Of a DNA stretch of 64,000 nucleotides, positions 13,414-24,816 are shown in pieces. Location: positions 130,510,001 to 130,574,000 of the forward strand of contig OX597816.1 in assembly GCA_951406725.2 (NCBI GenBank), given 5' to 3'. The position numbers and the translations under genes were made by a program. Position 1 is the stretch's first letter, and each line of letters begins with the position of its first letter. A model generated the notes under the pieces. The model was not told the DNA's origin and ran no database searches. It saw only the letters and a program-made list of their open reading frames with translations. This DNA comes from Octopus vulgaris. Its lineage: Eukaryota.

Positions 13414-13446
<33 letters not shown>

Positions 13447-13691
13447 CTATCTATATGTATATATATATATGTGTGTGTGTGTGTCTACATGTTTATGTGT
13501 ATATGTATGAATTTATACATTTGCGCAATATGTATAAATATGCATGTATTTCTCTTATTTTTCTTTTTCCTACTTGATATTCTTCATAAACGATGTTTCA
13601 TACATTTCTCTTGCTATCTTCTCCCCCTCCCCACCACATTCGATTCTGTTTTGTTCTTTCTTTCCTTCTTTTCTATCTTTAACTAGCAACA
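12928..13691. repeat. Right arm of the ~750-bp inverted duplication
   Basis: See left arm; includes the same decayed family-B SINE piece and microsatellite. Confidence 0.92.
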
Positions 13692-13746
13692 GCAAACATT
13701 GTGTGTAGAAACATATTAACACATACGCAAGGAGATATATTGTGTG

Positions 13747-13830
<84 letters not shown>

Positions 13831-14589
13831 TTTGTGTGTGTGTGTAGATAGTTATATTTGCCTGTATATATATGTATGTATCTATCAGCTTCTGTGCGTG
13901 TTTGCGTATATATGTTTGTATATGTTTTTAGTGTGTGGAAGTCTAATGATCTATGTATGCTTTGTATGTAAGTGAATAACGTGTGTCTATATTTTTATGC
14001 TTTTAGATTTCTATAAGCGAATATTTTATTAAAAACAAACTTAATTTTATATAAATTAATTAAACTTTATATTGTATTAATTAAACTTATCAATTAACTC
14101 ATTTATTAGTTTACTATGGGGATGTATGTTTTTCCTTTTAAACTAATATTTATTTTGATTTAAGGCTTTCTTCGATTTTACACAATACGATATTCAAGCC
14201 TTTTAATTTTTAATGTTTTTATTTATATCACTGTTTCTTTTAAAAAACCGTTTGTTGAAACGACCAATCAAATAATCCACTTTCAAACGTGTATCGGTCA
14301 ATGTAAATTGTATAAAATGTTTATACGTATAACCTCAATTCTTCTGTTCTCAATCACAACTGTCCGACGAACAGGAACGGGAAACTCTGAGAAGAATTTT
14401 TTGAGATATTTTCTGATGTTTTTGCAGCTTTAATAATAAAGTATATATTTTTGGTATTTTTTTGGTATTTTGTCCTGTACTTAATGTGCATTTTTTATTT
14501 ATTTATAATTGAACGCTACGCATCCTTGTCCAGAGTAAGTTCTTTTATATATATATATATTTTTTTCTCTCCTTGTTTTTTCTGTGTCC

Positions 14590-14625
14590 CTTTCTGTAGA
14601 AGAGCGTAGGCTCGAAACGTAAAAG
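14590..14625 (+). ncRNA. Minimal hammerhead variant (core CUGUAGA) in a short PLE-type repeat
   Basis: CTTT-CTGTAGA-A-GAGC(GTAG)GCTC-GAAAC-GTA-AAAG: stem I CTTT/AAAG, stem II GAGC/GCTC. Homologous copies at 33182-33217 (-) and 52457-52480 (partial). Confidence 0.6.
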
Positions 14626-14712
14626 ACTTTTTCTATTCCTGACCGTTATACTAATACATCTGTTTGCTTTGTACACCACCTGTCTTCGTCTTTTGTTTTT
14701 TTCGTAAACTCT

Positions 14713-14794
<82 letters not shown>

Positions 14795-14799
14795 CTTTC

Positions 14800-15198
14800 T
14801 TTCTTTCTTTTACTTGTTTCAGTCATTTGACTACGGCCATGCTGGTGCACCGCCTTAAGTCGAGCAAATCGACCCCGGCACTTATTCTTTGTAAGCCCAG
14901 TACTTATTCTATCGGTCTCTTTTGCCGAACCGCTAAGTGACGGGGACGTAAACACACCAGCATCGGTTGTCAAGCAATGCTAAGGGGACTAACACAGACA
15001 TAGAAACACACACACACATATATATACATATATACGACAGACTTCTTTCAGTTTCCGTCTACCAAATCCACTCACAAGGCATTGGTCGGCCCGGGGCTAT
15101 AGCAGAAGACACTTGCCCAAGATGCCACGCAGTGGGACTGAACCCGGAACCATGTGGTTAGTTAGCAAGCTACTTACCACACAGCCACTCCTGCGCCA
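14800..15198 (-). mobile_element. SINE family A, near full length, young
   Basis: Complete head (GCAGGAGTGGCTGTGTGGTAAG...GGTTCAGTCCC), CORE-like block and tail. Confidence 0.9.
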
Positions 15199-15337
15199 CT
15201 CCTTCTAATATATATATATTAGAAGAAATAAGGTATTCAGAAATCTATATGGTAGAAATCTTTAAATATAAAACCATCCAGATTTCTGAGTACCTTATTT
15301 CATCTAATAAATAATACCTGTACATCACCTCCAAACC

Positions 15338-15408
<71 letters not shown>

Positions 15409-15447
15409 GCATAAACGTATATACACACACAGGCACACAAGTACACA

Positions 15448-15512
<65 letters not shown>

Positions 15513-16219
15513 CACACACACATTGTTTCAATGAAACTTCAAAGATAAATTATTAAAGAAAATACACAAAAGCAGAAATCTGAATATGCTTTTGCTATTG
15601 GCATGAAAGAACGAGAGAGAGAGGATTTATATTCATGAAGGTAACTAACCAACCAGAACATATGCAAAAGCTTAAAATAACAGTCTCACCCTTCGCCCTC
15701 ACCCCCCAAAAAACTCAAACAAAGTAAAACAAAACAACAACGCCCCCCCTCCCAATCAAAAACAAGCGAAACATTTTAATACATAAACACCCAAAAAATT
15801 AAACCAAAAATCTATGAGGACATTTACTGTCTAAAATCATCAAATTTGATTGTCTTGCACTCCAAACAACCTAATGTGTCTTCTGTTACACTGCAGTCAA
15901 ACAAATAAACAAACAAATAAACAAATAAATAGATAAATAAATAAATATATGAAGAAAGAAAACCAATTTCTAGCCGCGGTTGGTTTCTGACTTGTTTTTC
16001 TTTCCGTTATTATGTTTGTCTTCTGCACTAGTCTTAGGAAACTCAATACATACGAATTGGTTGGAGTGAAGGTTGTTTTTTGTTTCGTTTTGTTTTGTTG
16101 TTTTCTCCCTGCCACCCCCCACCTCTCTCTCCTAAGTGGCTAATGAAGTTTAATTGTCCAGCTAAGAATGGTATTTAAAACGAGTGTTATTGTTTTGTTC
16201 ATTGTTATTATTTGTTATT

Positions 16220-16440
16220 TGTGTGGTGGTGGTGGTGGTGGTGGTGGAGTTGGTGGAAACGGGAACGGTGGTGATAATGGCATTGCTGCTGCTGCTGCTA
16301 CTGCTGCTGCTACTGCTGTTGTTGTTGCTGTTGCTGTCGTCGACGATGTTGTTGTTGGTGGTGGTGATGTCTCGGTGGCGGCAATTTTTTGGAGGTAGGT
16401 GGTGGGGATGGTGGTAGTGGTGATGTTGATGGTGGTGGCG
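16220..16440. repeat. Compound trinucleotide repeat (GGT/GCT/GTT)
   Basis: Visible directly. Confidence 0.9.
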
Positions 16441-16859
16441 GGGAAGATGGTGGGCATGAAAAATTGATGACGCGTTGTTAAATACATTCGAGCAATTAGT
16501 TTTCTTGCTCGTTCGTTTTCTACTCCGCCTCCCCGCCCCTCTCCCGCTCTCCTTCCTTTCCTTTCCCCTTCTCTTCCTGCCCCTCACCTCGCCATCTTTC
16601 TACTACAGAACCGCATACGTGAACGATGTAGACAACTGTAGAAGTAAAAGAATGGAAATTATAAACCAAATAGACATTTGATATTTTATTACGAACCGAC
16701 TCCCAACAGGATAAGCAATAAATGAATGGTAAATGATTTAATAAATAAACAGTATAAGAGAACCACTCTCTCTCTTTCTCTCTCTCTCACTCTCTCTCTC
16801 TCTCTTACACACACATATTCACAGACACTCACATACATATATACATACACATGCACACA

Positions 16860-16938
<79 letters not shown>

Positions 16939-16956
16939 GCAGACACAAACATATAG

Positions 16957-17022
<66 letters not shown>

Positions 17023-17087
17023 GCACATATATATGCACATACACACACATATTCTCATACACACACGCACACATATACATTTACATA

Positions 17088-17385
17088 TAGGAGTGGCTGT
17101 GTGGTAAGGAGCTTGCTTTCCAACTACATGGTCCCGGATTCAGTCCTACTCCATGGCACCTTGAGTAAGTATCTCCTACAATAGCCGCGGGCTGACCAAA
17201 GCTTTGTGAGTGGATTTGATAGAAGGAAACATGTGTGTGTGTGTGTGTTTGTCCCCCCTATTACGTTTGTCAACCGGTGTTGGTGTGTTTACGTCTCCGT
17301 AACATAGCAATTCAGCAAAATAGACCGATAGCATAGATACCAGGGTTAAAAAAATAAGTACTGTGATCGATTCATTCAATTAAAA
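17088..17385 (+). mobile_element. SINE family A with internal deletion
   Basis: AGGAGTGGCTGTGTGGTAAGG head followed by family-A body blocks. Confidence 0.8.
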
Positions 17386-17420
17386 ATACCTGAAACAGGT
17401 AGAAGATAAAAGATAAAAAA

Positions 17421-17456
<36 letters not shown>

Positions 17457-17924
17457 CTACATAAACGCACACGTGCGCACACGCATAGACACACGCTCGC
17501 GCACATACACATTCACACACACGCACACACAAATATGTGTGAACCAGTGTATTTCTCTGTTATTCACTTTTTCTCTTCCCTTCTCTCTCACAATTTGTCT
17601 ATATAGATAAATACGTACAATATGATGATGATGATGATAATGATGATAATGATGATGACGATGATGATGATGATGATGCCAACAATAAAATAAGAAAGTT
17701 TTTTTGAATTTTGTGTGCAATGTGTGCGTATTTGTTGGAATATGTTTGTTTGTGCATATATATTTATATGTATATAATCATATACATCCATTGTCCCATT
17801 CACATACATATACTAATGTTCACACACACATATGCTCGAATACACACATATGCACACACACACAGACACACACACACACACACACACACACACCCACACA
17901 CACACACAGACACACACACGCGCG

Positions 17925-17976
<52 letters not shown>

Positions 17977-18756
17977 GAAAACATGAAATCAACACTGGCT
18001 ATTTTGACATGGCTGTCAAAATAACTATGTCAAATGAAAAAAGCATCCCTGTTTGACGGTCAGATTTTGTGATTAAGCGGATAACATGCTTTGCGCTTGA
18101 ACTATCAGTTTAGAGAGAGCAGACGCGGCGGAAGAGATTGTCGGCCATGCTGTTTGCAAACTCATTCCCGTCATGTCGACTTCATAATCTTATTCTCGTC
18201 TCCACCACAACGGATGAGGGTGAATTTACACAGCCGACGAAACATCGCAATGACAGTGATAATTAGCAAGGTCTCGTTTGCTCTTATTTTACAAAATTTC
18301 GTATCTTTATCCACTTTTCTCTTTCACTCACCCCTCTGTCTGTTTGTCTGCATGTCTGTATGTCTGCATCCTTCCCCCTCGCTTCCCTCCTTCTTTCCCC
18401 TCTCTCCACCGTCTCTCATTCTCTCTCTCTCTCTTTTACATCTATGTACGAAAATATGAACTACATTCATTTTCAGCAACTCTCTCTCTCTCACACACAC
18501 ATACACACACACGCACACACATACGTCTGCACGCGCACACACGCGCACACATGCACACATACATATATGCATGCATAAATACATACATACAAATATACAT
18601 ACACACAAGTACATATACACAAATATCCTCTAGAGCAGTGGCTCTTCATATCGACCCACAGGGTCTATATAAGATTTTTTAGGTTCATGCAAGGAAAATA
18701 GTAAACAGGGGATCCACTGTAGTATTTTAAGGGTCCACAAAAAGAAGTTTGCTATA

Positions 18757-19566
18757 CAGTGTTCCCTCGTTTGTCGCGGTAGATTGGTTCCGAGACCGGC
18801 CGCGATAACTGAATTTCCGCAAAGTAGAGACACCATATTTGCAGTATTTATTTAACGTATATTTGGACTTTTAAAACACTCCCTGTACTGTCAACAATCC
18901 ACCCATTACAGTAGCCTATTAATAACAAGGACAACTGTTAAGCAATAGCACTTTAGATTTAAAAAAATAAAAATTCTTACTGTACTCAACACGAAAGAAG
19001 TTGAAGTAAAATTTGAATGATGATGGTGATGAATTTGCTGCGCAGTAGAAATGATGATGATGACACTGAGAACGGTGCCCTTTCCTGGGACACCTCTTCC
19101 ACTTCTTCTGAAGGTGCAACCGTAGTAGTAACAGCAGGAACTGGCTCTTTTTTGCGAGGCTGCAAAAACATTGTGATAGGAAGTTGCTGCCGCTGCTTCT
19201 TTTTCCGTTCAAAGAGCATCTTGTAGGGATTCATGACTTCGTCGATCTTGTTGCAAAATTGCACAGAACGAACCATATCGTCGTCCCATTCCTGTGACCC
19301 CTCTTTCAATTCTTTAGACAGGTTGCAGAGCTTGGCCAGCTGTTCCAAAATCAAGCCAGTTTGGTCGACAACTTCTTTCGTTCCTTGCTGCGTTTCTTCT
19401 TCGCTGGCCGATTTCGTCAAGTCTTCGAGGTCTGCGTCGGTTAGCAGCTGGGAGTGGCAGTCTAGTAACGCGTCGATGTCTCTAGGTGTTCTTATATATA
19501 TATTTTTTAAATCCGCGAAGTCGTGAATCCGCGATAGTTGAACCGCGAAGTAGCGAGGGATCACTG
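18757..19566 (-). mobile_element. Tigger/pogo transposon deletion derivative, inserted into a hAT-type MITE starting at about 18636
   Basis: TIRs CAGTGTTCCCTCG / CGAGGGATCACTG with TA TSD. Open C-terminal transposase remnant DIDALLDCHSQLLTDADL...EWDDDMVRS...KKKQRQQLPITMFL. Confidence 0.88.
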
Positions 19567-19780
19567 TAAATCTATTTAGTGCAAGAATCAGCTAGGTTTC
19601 TTCCTCTAAGGTTTTATGTAGCTTAATATGTTTCCAGCAGCTGAAATATGTTCTGTCAGAAAGTACTTTTGCAAATCGATACAATATATATATTATATAC
19701 ATACATATATACAAGCATATGCATATACATACATATATACATAAATGCATGCATATATATGTGAGTGTATATATATAAGT

Positions 19781-20121
19781 AAATAAATGGAGTTGAACGC
19801 AGATGCTATTCAAATTCTTTTACTTTCGACATATGTTTCAAAGACAACATTGGTTTTATTCCAAAGGAATAAACGGTGTAAAATGCAATCTTCTCATCAG
19901 GAAAGAAAGAGAACAAATCTCAACAACAAGACATTTTATCATTTATGCAGTCATCAAAATTGTTATAATGTCTTGTTGTTGAGATAGGTTCTCTTTCTTT
20001 CCTTATGAGAAGATTGCATTTTACACCGGTTATTCCTTTGGAATAAAACCAATGTTGTCTTCGAAACAGATGTCGAAAGTAAAAGAATTTGAATAGCATC
20101 TGCGTTCAACTCCATTTATTT
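19781..20121. repeat. Near-perfect 341-bp fold-back (hairpin) element
   Basis: Arms of about 155 bp with roughly 6 mismatches by eye, around a ~25-30 nt loop. Confidence 0.95.
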
Positions 20122-20127
20122 TTTTTT

Positions 20128-21040
20128 GATTGATTGATTGATTCTAGTTTCAGCTTATGAGCTGTGGCCATGCTGGGGCACCGCCATTTGGTGTTGCTAC
20201 TTGGTTTCACTTCACGAAAGCTTTCTAGCAACTGCCATTTGGTGCATGAGAGAGTTCGATGCAGCTGCCCTCATCTGCCCCTCCTGCCGTGAAGTTGGTT
20301 CATCTGGGACACCTGACAAGAAGAGATCCAGCTTCATTTTAAAGACATCTGCATCCACCCCATGCAGGTCTCTCAGGTTCTTCGGGAGGATATTGAAGAG
20401 CTGTGGGCCTCGGAAGCCCAGGCTATCACAGAATCTTGTCCTACATCTTGATGGCAAGTTTGGAGTCCTAGGCACCACGCAGTGGCGCCCAGTTCTGGCA
20501 TTTGCGTAACTCTCGATGCCAAAGTTCAGGACACTTCCCTCCAGGATCTTCCAGATGTATATTATGGCATATCTTTCCCGCCTACGCTCCAGGGAATATA
20601 GTTTTAATCTCTTGAGTCTTTCCCAGTAGCTTACATTCTGCATAGAGGCTATCTTCTTCGTGTAGCTACGTTGGATCGCCTCGAGCTCTGTGATCAACTT
20701 GACACTGGATGGTGACCATAACTGAGAGCAGTAGTGAAAGTGGCTTAGGACAAGTGTCCTCCAGAGGACCATCATGGTTTCTTGTTCTCTTGTTCTAAAG
20801 GTTCTGAGGATCCATCCGGCCAGTCGTCTACATTTCATTGCCAATTTAGCAACATGTACACGAAAGGTCGCGTCATCACTCATGTAAATACCTAGGTCAC
20901 GCACTGATTGTGCCTCTGGGATTGCTATTCCTCCGGGTCCAGTGTATTCATTGGGTATTGCATTTAGTTTTGCATGCTGATAGTATAGAGCTTGAAACTT
21001 TTCAGCATTGAACTGCATGCTATTCTTTTCGGCCCACTTA
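20128..21040 (-). mobile_element. CR1/L2-group LINE, 5'-truncated 3' end of ORF2 with tail
   Basis: 268-aa open frame MQFNAEKF...RDLGIYMS...YCSQLWSP...LEAIQRSYTK...YWERLKRLKLYSLERRRER, followed by a short 3'UTR and an (AATC)n tail. Confidence 0.93.
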
Positions 21041-21199
21041 TTTATTTACTTATACTACACAAATTACTGCACATTAACCCGGAGTTTCTACCTTTGAATA
21101 GGTCGCTGCATCCTTATTACTTGCGTGAATTTTGCTACCCTGGTAACTGTTTATTGAATTTTCCACGTTAACGGTAAACAAAGGATAATTCATTCATCC

Positions 21200-21278
<79 letters not shown>

Positions 21279-21849
21279 CTGTAGATAAATATATTCAATA
21301 AGAATATTATATACTGAATTTATATTGAGTGCTCCATTGTTTAAAATATTAATATTATTATAGTATTTATATATTTAATACGAGCGATATATACATATAT
21401 TTTTAAATAATATATTTTTATTATTAATATAAGGAAATTAATATCAAACTTCATCATAAAGATATACCCGTGTGAAAGAACTTATTGTATTAAAAATATG
21501 TATAAATAAATAAATATATAAATATAAATATAATATATAAAATAAATTTGATAGTTTAACAGTTTTGAATTAATTATTTAAGCATCTTACGATCGTTTAT
21601 CAATATATATATATATTGATAAAAACGGTAAGATAACAGGGATGTGTACGTTTTCTAATGTGAGGGTGGATGAATGTATGCGGGCGCACATGTGTAGGTA
21701 TGAACAGGCGCGATTACGCGAATACCATGAACTTTTTACCCTTTACCTTACCTAGCGGTTATTAGAATAGCTCTTTTGTCTTAATAGCGGTCAATAACAC
21801 AGTAATTTCCCTTTGTATAACGGTCATTTCTAATAGCGTTTTTCCGATT

Positions 21850-21920
21850 GCCGGATAACTGAAGAGATGGTGGCTTGGAATTTCCACCTCGGCATCCGAA
21901 ATTCGGAGTTTTATCTTGGC
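21850..21920 (+). ncRNA. Type-I hammerhead ribozyme motif with extended stem II
   Basis: Stem I GATAA/TTATC (extendable GCC/GGC); core CTGAAGA (21859-21865); stem II GATG/CATC and GTGG/CCAC; GAAA (21898-21901); quasi-palindromic stem III TTCGGAG; GUU site. Confidence 0.6.
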
Positions 21921-21978
21921 TACCGAATAATTGTCACATATTACATTTTCAGATATATATATATATATATATATATAT

Positions 21979-22231
21979 AGGATCGCGGTTTCGATTCCCA
22001 GACCGGGCGTTGTGAGTGTTTATTGAGCGAAAACACCTAAAAGCTCCACGAGGCTCCGGCAGGGGGTGGTGATCCCTGCTGTACTCTTTCACCCACTCTT
22101 TCTCCCACTCTTTCTTCTGTTGGCCTGCTCGCTTAGCCAGCGGGGTGGCGTAATTCGAAGGCTAAAACAATGCGAACGCATTGTGACCAGCGATGTGTAA
22201 CAACATCTGATGGTCTGGTCGGTCACGTGAT

Positions 22232-22238
<7 letters not shown>
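21979..22238 (+). mobile_element. 5'-truncated tRNA-derived SINE (family D) inserted in (TA)n
   Basis: B-box-like GGTTTCGATTCCC at the start, TCACGTGA repeated at the end, (TA)n on both sides. Confidence 0.65.
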
Positions 22239-22289
<51 letters not shown>

Positions 22290-22367
22290 GATCCAAACAA
22301 GAAAGCACAAAAAAAACACAACAAATAAAGTATTATTGGACGCTCAGGAAAGAAGGGAAGAAGGAGG

Positions 22368-22402
22368 GTTTAACGTTTCGAGCGGAGCTCTTCGTCGGAA
22401 AC
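22368..22402 (-). ncRNA. Minimal hammerhead motif (core CCGACGA, U4C)
   Basis: Minus strand GTTT-CCGACGA-A-GAGC(TCC)GCTC-GAAAC-GTT-AAAC. Confidence 0.65.
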
Positions 22403-22475
22403 ATAGGAGAAGGAAAGATCCCGAGAAGGGAAGACAGAGGAAAAAATCGCCAGCGGTACTCACGAGGTCACATAT

Positions 22476-22528
<53 letters not shown>

Positions 22529-22613
22529 CAGAAGCATATGTATGTGACCGCGTGTGTATCGTTGGCAATTTTTTCCATCCGTCTTCCCTTCCTTGGATCT
22601 TTCCTTTTCCTAT

Positions 22614-22648
22614 GTTTCTGACGAAGAGCTCCGATCGAAACGTTAAAT
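22614..22648 (+). ncRNA. Minimal hammerhead motif
   Basis: GTTT-CTGACGA-A-GAGC(TCC)GATC-GAAAC-GTT-AAAT; canonical core, one stem II mismatch. Confidence 0.7.
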
Positions 22649-23004
22649 CCTCCTTCTTTCTTTCCTTTCCTGAGCGTCCAATAACACTATACTTGTTCCA
22701 CGTCCTCACGTTGTTGTGTTTTCTGTTTGTGTTTTCATGTTTGGATTAAATGTATATATATATATATATATATCACTGCCACATACACGTATAAACAGTT
22801 AATACCACACACACACACACATGCACACTCACGCGCTCGCACATACCCACACATACACACAGATACCTCCTCTTACACTCTCCTTCTTAGAAAGACCGTT
22901 TCCTTCATCCATTCCCTTCCAGTCATTTCAAAATGTAACTACATGTGGATTGTTGGCAATTTTTTCCTCTGTCTTCCTTTTCTCTTGGACCTTTCTCTGT
23001 CTCC

Positions 23005-23041
23005 TGTTTCTGAAGAAGAGCTTTGCTCGAAACGTTAAACA
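23005..23041 (+). ncRNA. Minimal hammerhead motif, intact
   Basis: TGTTT-CTGAAGA-A-GAGC(TTT)GCTC-GAAAC-GTT-AAACA: perfect stems I and II, palindromic AACGTT at stem III. Confidence 0.78.
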
Positions 23042-23150
23042 ACCTTTCTCTCCTTCCCTGAGCGTCTTTTAATACTTTGCATGTACCGCGTCCTCACCTT
23101 GTTGATTTTTTTCTTCTTGTGTTCTTTTCTTCGTTTTTTTAATATTAATT

Positions 23151-23228
<78 letters not shown>

Positions 23229-24217
23229 TAATATATATATACATACACATATATATATTATGCATTTATTTATGTGTGCGTGTGTGTATACACAGTCACA
23301 CAGAAACACACGTGTATGTGTGTTTAAACACATACACGTACACACAAGATCACACATGAGTAGATACATAAACGTAAACTTTCACTCAAATACAGACGAT
23401 TACACATAATCAACAACATCAACAACACTAGCTCAGCGAAATCCACACCACACAAGTGTATACACTACTGAATATCTACATACATACACTCACACACATA
23501 TACACAAACGCGGACACACGCATACACATATACACACGCAAAGGCACACATACACACATACACACGCACACACATCTATACATATTTAAAAAAATCTCTC
23601 ACACACATTTGTTTCAAATAACGAACATGAATACACACTCAAATTTTATACCTCACATATTCTTGTACAAATAAAGAAGAACAAAAAACCCAAACAGAAC
23701 GATAAAAGGTGATGGCCTGTTGTAGTTGTGGTAGGGGGAGAGAGAGTGAAGAATTGAGAGGGGGATATTGGGAGGTAGGTTTCAGTGAAAAATACTAATC
23801 ATTTGGCAATTTTGGTTCGGTACACGAGTTCAGTCGGAATAGGTTAAACTGCAGGACATTATTTACAACCAGGTATGGTATACATATAATACTGCCACTT
23901 GCCTTGTGAACAGAAATGTATTCTGGCAGCCTAACAAAGCCAGACAGACAGATTGTTACTTGAGACGTTTTTGTTTTCTCTGCTAAATAAAGACCTTCCT
24001 CTCGTTTTGCCTTTGTAGTAGAGAGAGGGAGAGAGAGAGATAGAGAGAGAGAGAGAGATGAGGGGGCGAGAGGGGAGAGAGAGGAAAAAAGGCTTTTCAT
24101 CTAATTATTCGACTAGCTCTGATATTTCTGTTTACCTCTGAACTAATGATATATGTATGACTGTACGTATACATACATACATACATACATACATACATAC
24201 ATACATACATACATGCA

Positions 24218-24252
<35 letters not shown>

Positions 24253-24416
24253 GGTTTGTATGTGTGTATATATATACATTAAACACACAGACGTACACAC
24301 ACACACACAATTTCTCACATACACACCCATACACAATCATATATCTACATATACGCATATATACGCGTGTGTGTGTATGTGTGTATATATGCATATTCGA
24401 GCGCGTGTATATCTAT

Positions 24417-24707
<291 letters not shown>

Positions 24708-24744
24708 AGCATAAATATGTGTGTATGTGCGTGCGTGTGTATGT

Positions 24745-24781
<37 letters not shown>

Positions 24782-24816
24782 TGTGTTTGTGCGTGTGTGT
24801 ATGTATGTGCATGAGA

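Noticed and set aside
14361-14395. CCGACGA...GAAACTCTGAG hammerhead-like remnant
   Set aside because: Core mutated, stem II broken, and no cleavage triplet or 3' stem I strand; may be a dead PLE motif but cannot be supported.
16162-16587. Low-complexity His/Ser/Thr/Asn ORF resembling a transcription-factor tail
   Set aside because: Open in several frames on both strands because of trinucleotide repeats; no domain or supporting splice structure.
16609-16728. Possible plus-strand exon after the pyrimidine tract
   Set aside because: All frames closed and a modest donor; no partner exon found on +.
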